Of a stretch of DNA of 50,602 bases, positions 1-8,156 are shown piece by piece. The stretch is taken from positions 124,001 to 174,602 of the forward strand of contig JBDREC010000010.1 in the NCBI GenBank assembly GCA_043820105.1, given 5' to 3'. The notes under the pieces were generated by a model that saw only the letters and a program-made list of their open reading frames with translations, did no database searches and was not told where the DNA came from. The stretch comes from Pseudomonadota bacterium (GTDB lineage: Bacteria; Bdellovibrionota_F; JAHFAK01; JBDREC01). Every line of letters starts with the position of its first letter. Within the stretch, counting starts at the first letter, position 1. The translations under genes and the position numbers were made by a program.

Positions 1-81
1 TTCACGCATTATTTTATCAATGTCTTGATTAATGTTTTCAGGACTTGTTTTAATTAAAGCAACTTTTGATTTCGCCATCAT
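1..81 (-). CDS. 5' end of a gene running off the window, probably a DUF362-family (Fe-S) protein
   Basis: Minus strand reads MMAKSKVALIKTSPENINQDIDKIMRE after an AAGGAGA RBS; the N-terminus resembles DUF362 proteins found in polysaccharide loci; only 27 codons are visible. Confidence 0.45.
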   Translation of the reverse strand, partial: MMAKSKVALIKTSPENINQDIDKIMRE

Positions 82-86
82 TTCTC

Positions 87-142
87 CTTGTTCTCTTGTT
101 CCCTTGTTCTCGTGTTCCCTTGTTCCCTTGCGCTCTTGTTCC
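87..142. repeat. Tandem octamer array (CTTGTTCC/CTTGTTCT, 7 degenerate copies)
   Basis: cttgttct cttgttcc cttgttct cgtgttcc cttgttcc cttgcgct cttgttcc, read directly. Confidence 0.9.
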
Positions 143-144
143 CT

Positions 145-1188
145 TTATACGCAATAAGCCTCATAAGCCTTCTTAATTCCCTCTTTAAGGTTATGTCTAG
201 CCTTCCAGCCAAGACTATTTATTTTACTGGTATCAAGAAGCTTTTTTGGTGTTCCATCTGGTTTTGTTTTGTCCCACTTTATTTGGCCATTATATTCAAC
301 AATATTTTTTACAGTGCTAGCTAGCTCTGCAATTGTAATGTCCTTGCCATAGCCAACATTAATTATTTCGTTTATGTCAGATGAATTGTAATTGTTTAAT
401 AAAAATAATACTGCTTCTGCTAAATCTTCGGAAAATAAAAATTCCCTATAAGGACAACCTGTTCCCCAAAGCATTATATGATCCTTGAAGATTCCAAAAG
501 AAGCTAGCAGTTCAATGAAATAATTGTCATCACCATTTTCTTTAATATCTTTCATTGGGTGCTTAATGAAATCATTTCTTATAGCATCAAAGTCATTATT
601 TAAAAGAAAATTGCCAAGGTGAAGTTTTCTTATAATTGCAGGTAGCACATGGGAGGTGTTAAGGTTATAATTATCAAAAGGACCAAATAAATTTGTTGGC
701 ATTAACGATATGTAGTTAGTGCCATATTGTTCATTATAATACCGGCACATTTTAATAGCAGCAATTTTAGCAATTGCATAGGGTTCATTTGTTGGTTCAA
801 GTAAATCTGTAAGCAAGTATTCTTCTTTTAAAGGTTGAGGAGCAAGCTTTGGATAAATACAAGATGAGCCAAGATTTAAAAGTTTTTTAACTCCAAATTT
901 ATAAGAACTATTGATGACATTAGCAGCAATCATTAAATTGTCATATATGAATTCGGCCTTATATGTATTGTTAGCAAGGATTCCGCCAACTTTAGCTGCA
1001 GCTAAAATAACATACTCAGGTTTTTCTACAGCAAAAAAAGCTTCACACTCATCTTGTCGCCTAAGATCAAGATCTGAAATGTTTTTATAAACAATCTTTT
1101 CAAAGCCAGATTCTTTCAGCTTCTTAAAAATTGCAGATCCAACTAACCCATCATGTCCAGCCAGGTATATTTTAGAGTTTTTGTGCAT
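145..1188 (-). CDS. fcl: GDP-L-fucose synthase
   Basis: AGHDGLVGSA, AAAKVGGILAN, LGSSCIYPK, YAIAK and WGTG motifs; directly downstream of gmd. Confidence 0.96.
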   Translation of the reverse strand: MHKNSKIYLAGHDGLVGSAIFKKLKESGFEKIVYKNISDLDLRRQDECEAFFAVEKPEYVILAAAKVGGILANNTYKAEFIYDNLMIAANVINSSYKFGVKKLLNLGSSCIYPKLAPQPLKEEYLLTDLLEPTNEPYAIAKIAAIKMCRYYNEQYGTNYISLMPTNLFGPFDNYNLNTSHVLPAIIRKLHLGNFLLNNDFDAIRNDFIKHPMKDIKENGDDNYFIELLASFGIFKDHIMLWGTGCPYREFLFSEDLAEAVLFLLNNYNSSDINEIINVGYGKDITIAELASTVKNIVEYNGQIKWDKTKPDGTPKKLLDTSKINSLGWKARHNLKEGIKKAYEAYCV

Positions 1189-1208
1189 TTATACTCCAAG
1201 TATTAAAT

Positions 1209-1236
1209 GGGATCCTGAAACAAGTTCAGGATGACG
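1209..1236. repeat. CGTC-type REP-like palindrome, copy 1
   Basis: GGGATCCTGAA-ACAAG-TTCAGGATGACG hairpin; near-identical copy at 14748-14774. Confidence 0.75.
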
Positions 1237-1249
1237 ATATCGCAATTTA

Positions 1250-1282
1250 CTTACCACTTACAGCTTACCACTTACCACTTAC
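1250..1282. repeat. Tandem heptamer array (CTTACCA/CTTACAG, about 5 copies)
   Basis: Same motif family recurs at 11233-11302 and 15448-15516. Confidence 0.85.
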
Positions 1283-2455
1283 TCAACAGTTCTCCTGGAT
1301 ATTCTCATACAAGGCAAAGTCATGATTTGTATAATGAAAGCCTTTGTCTTTTGAAACATTAATTCCTTCGCCAATTGGTTGCATACGTAGTGTTTTAATA
1401 TCGTAATCAACCATTATCTTTACTAGCTCATGAAATTTAACTTTTGGTTCCCAGCCAAGCTTTTCTTTTGATTTTGAAATGTCGGCCATTAAATAGTCAA
1501 CTTCAGTTGGTCTGAAATATCTAGGATCAATTTCTAAAATTACACTTCCAACTTGTAGGCTGTGCTTTGGATTTATTTTATTAAGAATGCTTTCATTAAT
1601 TCCCGAAATAATACCTTGTTCAGCTTCATTTTTGCCTTCAAACCTTATGTCAACTCCACAGTATTTAAAAGCTGTGGTTACAAAATCGCGAACAGAATGA
1701 GATTCACCTGTACCAACTACATAATCATCTGGTGTGTCTTGCTGAAGCATTAGCCACATCTGCTCAATATAATCAGGAGCAAAACCCCAATCTCTCTTTG
1801 AATCCATGTTTCCAAGAAATATTTTTTGTTGATCTCCTGCAATTATATGTGCAACAGCGCGAGTAATTTTTCTGGTTACAAAAGTTTCACCACGACGTGG
1901 AGATTCATGGTTAAATAAAATGCCATTACAAGCAAAAATATCATAAGCTTCTCTATAATTAACTACCATCCAATAAGAATAGATTTTTGCAGCAGCATAT
2001 GGTGATCTTGGATAGAAAACAGTGTTTTCGTTTTGTGGAGGAGGACTAGCTCCAAACATTTCTGAAGACGAAGCTTGATACAACTTGGATTTGGCTCCAC
2101 TTCTTCTTATTGCTTCTAAAATTCTAGTTGTAGCAAGGCCTGTAATATTTCCTGTAAATTCTGGCATATCAAATGAAACCCGAACATGAGATTGTGCTCC
2201 AAGATGATAAATTTCATTAGGTTGAATTTTGGAAATTAACTCTGTAATTAGGCCAGGATCCGAAAGATCTCCATAATGCAAGAAAAGGTTTCTGTTTTGT
2301 TTGTGAGGATCAACGTAAATATGATCTATTCTATTTGTATTAAAGGTCGAAGCTCTTCTAATGATCCCATGAACCTCATAGCCCTTTGAAATTAAAAATT
2401 CAGCTAAATAAGAGCCATCTTGCCCAGTAATTCCAGTAATCAAAGCTTTTTGCAT
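1283..2455 (-). CDS. gmd: GDP-mannose 4,6-dehydratase
   Basis: [51 protein letters not shown] and RDWG motifs. Confidence 0.98.
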   Translation of the reverse strand: MQKALITGITGQDGSYLAEFLISKGYEVHGIIRRASTFNTNRIDHIYVDPHKQNRNLFLHYGDLSDPGLITELISKIQPNEIYHLGAQSHVRVSFDMPEFTGNITGLATTRILEAIRRSGAKSKLYQASSSEMFGASPPPQNENTVFYPRSPYAAAKIYSYWMVVNYREAYDIFACNGILFNHESPRRGETFVTRKITRAVAHIIAGDQQKIFLGNMDSKRDWGFAPDYIEQMWLMLQQDTPDDYVVGTGESHSVRDFVTTAFKYCGVDIRFEGKNEAEQGIISGINESILNKINPKHSLQVGSVILEIDPRYFRPTEVDYLMADISKSKEKLGWEPKVKFHELVKIMVDYDIKTLRMQPIGEGINVSKDKGFHYTNHDFALYENIQENC

Positions 2456-2532
2456 TTTAAAATTCCTTAATTAATTATCAAAAGCGAATCAATTAAGTAT
2501 CTTTTAATAAAATATATTTCAAGTATATTTTA

Positions 2533-2568
2533 CATGTTCCCTTGTTCCCATGTTATCTTGTTCTCTTA
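2533..2568. repeat. Tandem octamer array (CWTGTTCC-like, 4-5 copies)
   Basis: catgttcc cttgttcc catgttat cttgttct; same motif as 87-142. Confidence 0.75.
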
Positions 2569-2607
2569 TTTGTTGACAGCTATATTGGAGCATTTTATAC
2601 CACCCCC

Positions 2608-3492
2608 ATGTACGACCTAATCAAAGACAAAAAGCTAATATTTGTAACAGGCAAAGGTGGTGTAGGTAAAACTACAATTACTTGTGCTTTAGCTATGGGT
2701 TTAGCAAATCAGGGCAAAAAAGTGCTTGCAGCTGAAGTAAGCTCTGACCATAAGCTTAAAAGAATTTATGAAAATGCTTTAAAAGAAGAAAGTCTGCCCT
2801 TTGATGTAATGAATATTGATTATAAAGAGGCACTTGCTGATTATATTTTAACTCAAGTTAAGATTGGTCTGCTTCGAAATATGATTGTTTCAAATAAAAT
2901 ATTAAAATATTTTTTTGATATGGCTCCTGGGGTTTATGAAGTGATGGTTTTGTATCGCTTAATGAATTTATGTAAAGAATCCAAATATGATCATATAATT
3001 TTTGATTCACCAGCCTTTGGGCATGGGCTTGCTTTATTGCGAGCACCAAATATTTTAAGAAAATTTATTAAGCTTGGACCCTTAAAGACACTTCTTGATA
3101 ACGTCACTTCTTCAATTTATTCGGAATCATCAGGCCTTGTTTTTGTTACTTTGTCTAAAAAAACTCCAATTGAAGAGACAATTGATTTTTACCATCAATT
3201 TCAAAATGAAAAGATTATTCCACTAACATCAGTTGTGGCGAATTTAATCTATCCTGAAATAAATGGCAGAAATAATGGAGATAGCCAAAATCTGAGTTTC
3301 TCTAAAAATGAGCTGGATATCTTGAAATTTTTCAAGAAAATAAGCAAAGATAGGCTTAAAAATCAAAAGGAACAAATTGAATTTTTAGAATCTCAAATTG
3401 AAGCAAAGGTCTTTAAAGCATCTTTTACATCAGAATCTGTTTTTAAATATTTTGGAATGAAAAGAATTGCTGCTGAGGTGCTTGGCCTGTGA
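2608..3492 (+). CDS. ArsA/Get3-family P-loop ATPase, subunit 1 of a tandem pair
   Basis: GKGGVGKTT deviant Walker A and DSPAFGH switch II; start moved from 2542 (inside the repeat array) to ATG 2608 (MYDLIKDK). Confidence 0.85.
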   Translation: MYDLIKDKKLIFVTGKGGVGKTTITCALAMGLANQGKKVLAAEVSSDHKLKRIYENALKEESLPFDVMNIDYKEALADYILTQVKIGLLRNMIVSNKILKYFFDMAPGVYEVMVLYRLMNLCKESKYDHIIFDSPAFGHGLALLRAPNILRKFIKLGPLKTLLDNVTSSIYSESSGLVFVTLSKKTPIEETIDFYHQFQNEKIIPLTSVVANLIYPEINGRNNGDSQNLSFSKNELDILKFFKKISKDRLKNQKEQIEFLESQIEAKVFKASFTSESVFKYFGMKRIAAEVLGL

Positions 3493-4568
3493 TTAATTAT
3501 AATAAAAAAATTTATGTTTGCTTAGGAACTGGAGGTGTTGGGAAAACAACACTTTCTTGTGCTCTGGGATATTCAATTGCTAGTTTGGGAAAAAAGGTTT
3601 TAGTTATCACAGTAGATCCTGCTAAAAGACTAGCTAGTTCTTTGGGGCTTGAGTCCTTATCTGATTCACCCAAAATTATCAGGCGTTTTACTGAAACTAA
3701 CGGTGAGTTATCTGCCCTAATGCCAGATACTAAAACAATATTTGATAAACTTGTTAATAAATATGCCCCAAATAAAAACATTGCCACGCGTATAATGTCC
3801 AATCAGTTTTATGAACATATTTCTACTACCTTAGCAGGAAGTCATGAATATATGTGTGTTGAAAAGCTTTATGAAGTTATTTCTCAAAATAAATATGACA
3901 CGATAATTCTTGATACTCCTCCTTCTAATAATGTTATGGCTTTTTTAGAAGCCCCAAAGAGGATGGTTGATTTTTGTAATGATACAATTTTCAAATGGTT
4001 TGTGCGTCCATATAAAATCATAGGAAGATCAAGTTTCAAGCTTATTAAAAAATCATCAGATGTTGCGATTTCTCTATTGCAAAAGCTTACAGGGGTTGAA
4101 TTTTTAATGGATCTATCTGAATTCTTTTTTAATTTTAATGAAATGTATAAAGGAATAAGACAAAGAGCTTCTGATGTAAATGAGCTGATTTTTAGTGATG
4201 ATGTTACTTATTTTATAGTTTCAGGTTCAGATGCTGAGCAACTTAATGAAACCAAACGATTTATTAATGATCTTGGAAAAAATAAAATTAAAATTAGCGG
4301 TATCTTTTTTAATAAAATTCATAATGAATTTATTTCAAAACCACAATTAGAATTAAATGGACGTGCAAAAAAAGCTTCAAGCTATATGAAAAAGCTTATT
4401 GAAAATTATCATTTTTATGAGTATATCCATTCAAACAGTAAAAATAATATTGAAAAATTTCTGTCTCAATTTGATGCTGAAATGCCAAATATGCAAATCC
4501 CATATTTGGACATAGATATTCATAATGAAGCAGGAATTGAGAAACTTGCGGAAGTGATAAAAATATGA
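3489..4568 (+). CDS. ArsA/Get3-family P-loop ATPase, subunit 2 of a tandem pair
   Basis: GTGGVGKTT, TVDPAKRLA and LDTPPS motifs; GTGA overlap with the previous gene. Confidence 0.88.
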   Translation: MINYNKKIYVCLGTGGVGKTTLSCALGYSIASLGKKVLVITVDPAKRLASSLGLESLSDSPKIIRRFTETNGELSALMPDTKTIFDKLVNKYAPNKNIATRIMSNQFYEHISTTLAGSHEYMCVEKLYEVISQNKYDTIILDTPPSNNVMAFLEAPKRMVDFCNDTIFKWFVRPYKIIGRSSFKLIKKSSDVAISLLQKLTGVEFLMDLSEFFFNFNEMYKGIRQRASDVNELIFSDDVTYFIVSGSDAEQLNETKRFINDLGKNKIKISGIFFNKIHNEFISKPQLELNGRAKKASSYMKKLIENYHFYEYIHSNSKNNIEKFLSQFDAEMPNMQIPYLDIDIHNEAGIEKLAEVIKI

Positions 4569-5197
4569 CAAAAATACTAAGAGAAATAATTGGCAAAGAC
4601 TCAAAAGATATAGTTTGCAGAGGTCCAAGTATGAAGCCAACAATATCAATGTGTGATAAACTTGCAATTGATGAATATAAAGATAAAGCAGAAATTGAAA
4701 TTGGTGATATAATTTATTATCCAAGGCCTGATGGCGAAATCAACATTGTTCATCGGATTATTGAAATCAAAGAAGATGGTGTTATTACTCGGGGTGATAA
4801 TAATAATAAAATCGATCCATATCTCATCAAATTTAAAGATATCCAGGGCAAAGTTATTGGCTTAAAACGAAAAAATAAAATAATCAAACTTACCAATGGT
4901 AAAAGAGGATTTTACATACACAGATTTCATATTATTAAAAAATCAGGATTAAACTTTATTTTTCATTATCCGAGAAAACTTACACATTATTTAGCTGAAA
5001 ATGGCTTGTTTCATTTTTTAAGTACAAAGTTCAAAACAAAAGTATTGCAGGTAAATGGAAATAAAGATAAGAAACTAATCCTTGTTTATAAAGGAAAAGA
5101 AATTGGATTTTATTCAGCTGCCATGAAAAAGTGGGTTTTGCTTTTTCCTTACAAGATATTTATAGCTACTAATAAGCTTCCAATTCCAAAAACTTAA
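4565..5197 (+). CDS. S26/S24-family peptidase (Ser/His type) without an N-terminal membrane anchor
   Basis: GPSMKPT, GDIIYY, IVHRII and TRGDNN boxes; ATGA overlap with the upstream ATPase gene. Confidence 0.82.
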   Translation: MTKILREIIGKDSKDIVCRGPSMKPTISMCDKLAIDEYKDKAEIEIGDIIYYPRPDGEINIVHRIIEIKEDGVITRGDNNNKIDPYLIKFKDIQGKVIGLKRKNKIIKLTNGKRGFYIHRFHIIKKSGLNFIFHYPRKLTHYLAENGLFHFLSTKFKTKVLQVNGNKDKKLILVYKGKEIGFYSAAMKKWVLLFPYKIFIATNKLPIPKT

Positions 5198-5208
5198 ATT
5201 AAGGATCA

Positions 5209-6279
5209 ATGATGGATTTACCTACAATTTATTTTCACATTTCAGATGGTTGCAACCAAAATTGCAAACATTGCTGGTATATGAGAGAGGGCGAATCAGG
5301 TCTTAATAAAGCCAAATTTCTTGCCTTTGAAAGCTTTGTAAATATTTTTGAGCAGGCTTCCACGCTTGGTCTTAAGAATGTAAAATTAACAGGTGGCGAG
5401 CCTTTAATTCACCCTGAGATTGATAAATATTTAGATTATTTAAAAGATAAAAATAAGTTTTTAATTATTGAGACCAATGGAATAGCATGTGCAGACAATG
5501 AGCTTGTCAATAAAATAGCATTATGCAAACCAGGTTTAATTGCAGTGAGTCTTGATGGAACAAGTGCAGAAGTTCACGAAAATATTCGAGGTATGAAGGG
5601 CACTTTTGATAAAACTATTAAGGGAATAAAAAACCTTGTTAATGCTTCTTTAAAACCTCAGCTTATTATGTCAATATCTGAAGATAATAAGCATCAAATT
5701 GAAGAAATGGTGCGTTTTGCAGAAGACCTTTCAGTAGCTTCTTTAAAGTTCAATGTAGTTGTGCCAATTGAAAGAGGAAAAAAGCTTGCTGATAATGACA
5801 AGCTGATAAATATTCAAGAGCTTATTGAAATAAGTGATTTTATTGAAAATGATTTAGCAAGACGTGCAAATATTCATGTTATATTCACTCAGCCCTTTGC
5901 TTTTAGGCCATTTTCAAGGATTATAGAGCAGGGACAAGATGATGGCTGTGGTATCTTTGAAACGCTAGGTGTTTTGGCAGATGGGAAATATGCTCTCTGC
6001 GGTATTGGTAAACTTATGCCAGAACTTGTTTTTGGTGATGCTAATAAAGATAGTCTGGCAGATGTTTGGAACAATAATGAAATTCTAAATGATATAAGAC
6101 AAAATTTGCCGGCAAAGCTAGAGGGTGTTTGTGCTAATTGCATGATGAAAAAAGCATGTCTTGGATCATGTGTTGCACTTAATTATTATAGAACCAGAAA
6201 CCTTTATGCACCATATTGGTATTGTGAAGAAGCTTTTGAAGCTTCATTGTTTCCAGAGTCTAGATTGGTGAATAAATGA
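5209..6279 (+). CDS. Radical SAM/SPASM protein, ScmF-like paralog
   Basis: CNQNCKHC, LTGGEPL, SLDG and SPASM cysteines (CGIF...YALCG, CANCMMKKACLGSC, WYC); colinear with 28422-29519. Confidence 0.9.
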   Translation: MMDLPTIYFHISDGCNQNCKHCWYMREGESGLNKAKFLAFESFVNIFEQASTLGLKNVKLTGGEPLIHPEIDKYLDYLKDKNKFLIIETNGIACADNELVNKIALCKPGLIAVSLDGTSAEVHENIRGMKGTFDKTIKGIKNLVNASLKPQLIMSISEDNKHQIEEMVRFAEDLSVASLKFNVVVPIERGKKLADNDKLINIQELIEISDFIENDLARRANIHVIFTQPFAFRPFSRIIEQGQDDGCGIFETLGVLADGKYALCGIGKLMPELVFGDANKDSLADVWNNNEILNDIRQNLPAKLEGVCANCMMKKACLGSCVALNYYRTRNLYAPYWYCEEAFEASLFPESRLVNK

Positions 6280-6335
6280 GCAAGTCTTTTTGTTATTATG
6301 GTTATTGTCAATGCTTTTCATTTACTTTGGGCTAA
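6276..6335 (+). CDS. Candidate 19-aa peptide MSKSFCYYGYCQCFSFTLG
   Basis: ATG overlaps the rSAM stop (ATGA) and GGTG lies 5 nt upstream; too short to validate from sequence alone. Confidence 0.2.
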   Translation: MSKSFCYYGYCQCFSFTLG

Positions 6336-6457
6336 TTCCTGGGAACAAATGTCTCAAAAATTCAAATAATTGTTAAAATAAGTGTATTTTAACATAAAAT
6401 CACTTTCTTTTTAGATATAATAGACTGAAATTATGGTTTAATTTAAGATTTGTCTTC

Positions 6458-6473
6458 TGGCCCTTGTTTTGCT
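6458..6473 (+). promoter_or_regulatory. Putative sigma54 (-24/-12) promoter
   Basis: TGGCCC-TTGTT-TTGCT with GG-N10-GC spacing, about 70 nt upstream of ATG 6544. Confidence 0.6.
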
Positions 6474-6543
6474 TTATAGTTTATTAATATAATTGATAAA
6501 GTTGGGGTTTTTTAAGATGAATATAAAAATAAAGACAATACGC

Positions 6544-8067
6544 ATGAATCAACTAGATTCTAAAATAATCCTAATATTGGCTTTTTTATATGCTTTTTTT
6601 TATTATTCACTTCTTCATGCTCAAGATGATTTTGTTTTATATATTGATGTTGAGGCTTCACCGTCAAGTATAGAAAATATTGAAATTACTGGCTATGACG
6701 GAATTACTGCACCAAATGATTTCCAAGAAACTTATGAACTTGAAAATGGAAATATTGATTTAAATATAAAAAATACACCAGCTGAGGGTTCCTCTGGAAA
6801 AACAACAATCACAATTACTATTAAAAATGCTCAAGCTTCAATTGAAAATCCTGTTCAATTTGTTAAGGCAGAACAAGTAGAAGTAGGTGGTAGAGTTTCA
6901 GTTAGGGTTGACTTAAGTGAAATAAGCAAGCTTTTTCCAATGATTTCAAATGTGATGGGTAGAGAAATGCAAATTGATGTCGAAGGTGTTGATTCAGAAA
7001 CACGTGTTTTGTTGACTAGTTCACTTGATCCACTTGCAAGAAGAACAGGAAGAATCGCCTATGGTGAAGTACTTTTTCGTGTTAACCATGTTGAGCATGG
7101 TGATTTGAGTAAAGGAGAATTTCCTAGAATTAGCGGTCTTGTTATAGAAGGTGGTGTTAGAGATGATATTTCAATAGATCAAATAAAAGTTGAAGGTCGT
7201 GTTTTCGCAGTTAATAAGACTTTAATGATAACTGGTGGTAGCTATGGTGTGATTGATTCATATGGCACTACAATGTTTATCTTTCAAGATGGTTCTAAGG
7301 CAGATATCGTTTCTGTAAGGCCCAGAGCACCCGAAGGTTTTGAGGCAAAATACCCAGTTGAAGATGCTGCTTTAACACGAGTTATAATTTCTGACTCAAC
7401 AATAACAAGACGTTGCCATTTGGAAATTGGTGAAATGCTTTATGATGACTTTGTTTGGATCATTGATAATTCAACCATTCTTGGAGAGGGTTTTAGCTTA
7501 TATGAGCCAAGATATAAAGGAAAACGTGGACATATAAAAATCCAATTTGCAAATGAAGTTGTTTTGGCTGATTTTAATGCTACTATAATTACCACAGGAG
7601 AAGTTCAGGCTGCCTTATTTATTGTTGAACCTGTACCAGAAAGTAATTTAAGAATGTGGCAGGCCTTAGAATCAAGCTCAGCCTTTGGACCTCGAGAAAC
7701 AAGTCTAGTTAGCCTTGATTTATCAACAAGAGTTCAAACATCTATTGGACCAAATAATACCTTTTCATCATCCATTTTAGATGGTAGCATACAAAATTTT
7801 TCAGCGATTAATTTTCCTGGTGTTTCAACTGAAGTTCCTGGCACAAGAAGAGCTTCTGATCTTGATTTGATGAGCTTGTTTCATGGTGTGGATATTGCAC
7901 TCGTTGACGTTGGACGTAATACGCTGGAGGCAATGAAAATTGATCCTGAAAGTGGCCTTGAAATTCTAAGGCCTATGGAAGAAGCAAGGGTAGAAGATGT
8001 ATCAAGGGAAAGAGTGAAAAAACTCTTAACAATAAAAGCTGAAAGAGCTCCAACATTAAAAAAATAA
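6544..8067 (+). CDS. Hypothetical exported protein
   Basis: Long open frame; signal-peptide-like MNQLDSKIILILAFLYAFFYYSLLHA/QDD; no family recognised; start uncertain (6493, 6517 or 6544). Confidence 0.7.
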   Translation: MNQLDSKIILILAFLYAFFYYSLLHAQDDFVLYIDVEASPSSIENIEITGYDGITAPNDFQETYELENGNIDLNIKNTPAEGSSGKTTITITIKNAQASIENPVQFVKAEQVEVGGRVSVRVDLSEISKLFPMISNVMGREMQIDVEGVDSETRVLLTSSLDPLARRTGRIAYGEVLFRVNHVEHGDLSKGEFPRISGLVIEGGVRDDISIDQIKVEGRVFAVNKTLMITGGSYGVIDSYGTTMFIFQDGSKADIVSVRPRAPEGFEAKYPVEDAALTRVIISDSTITRRCHLEIGEMLYDDFVWIIDNSTILGEGFSLYEPRYKGKRGHIKIQFANEVVLADFNATIITTGEVQAALFIVEPVPESNLRMWQALESSSAFGPRETSLVSLDLSTRVQTSIGPNNTFSSSILDGSIQNFSAINFPGVSTEVPGTRRASDLDLMSLFHGVDIALVDVGRNTLEAMKIDPESGLEILRPMEEARVEDVSRERVKKLLTIKAERAPTLKK

Positions 8068-8070
8068 ATT

Positions 8071-8099
8071 TTTACTTTTTTGCATGATTTTGTTATAAT
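8071..8099 (+). promoter_or_regulatory. Putative sigma70 promoter with extended -10
   Basis: TTTACT-N17-TATAAT with TG at the extended -10 position (TGTTATAAT). Confidence 0.55.
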
Positions 8100-8156
8100 A
8101 AAAATTAGCGATTGGGGGACATATTACTTTTTCTTAATTTATTGGGGAGAGTAATC

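Noticed and set aside
88-324. 78-aa ORF on the + strand
   Set aside because: Produced by the octamer repeat and antisense to fcl
480-620. Insertion of about 30 aa in Fcl relative to the enteric enzyme
   Set aside because: Similar inserts occur in other bacterial Fcl proteins as I recall; not considered novel
2608-4568. Arsenic resistance operon
   Set aside because: No arsB/acr3, arsC, arsD or arsR nearby, and the motif pattern fits the non-arsenical tandem ArsA-like pairs
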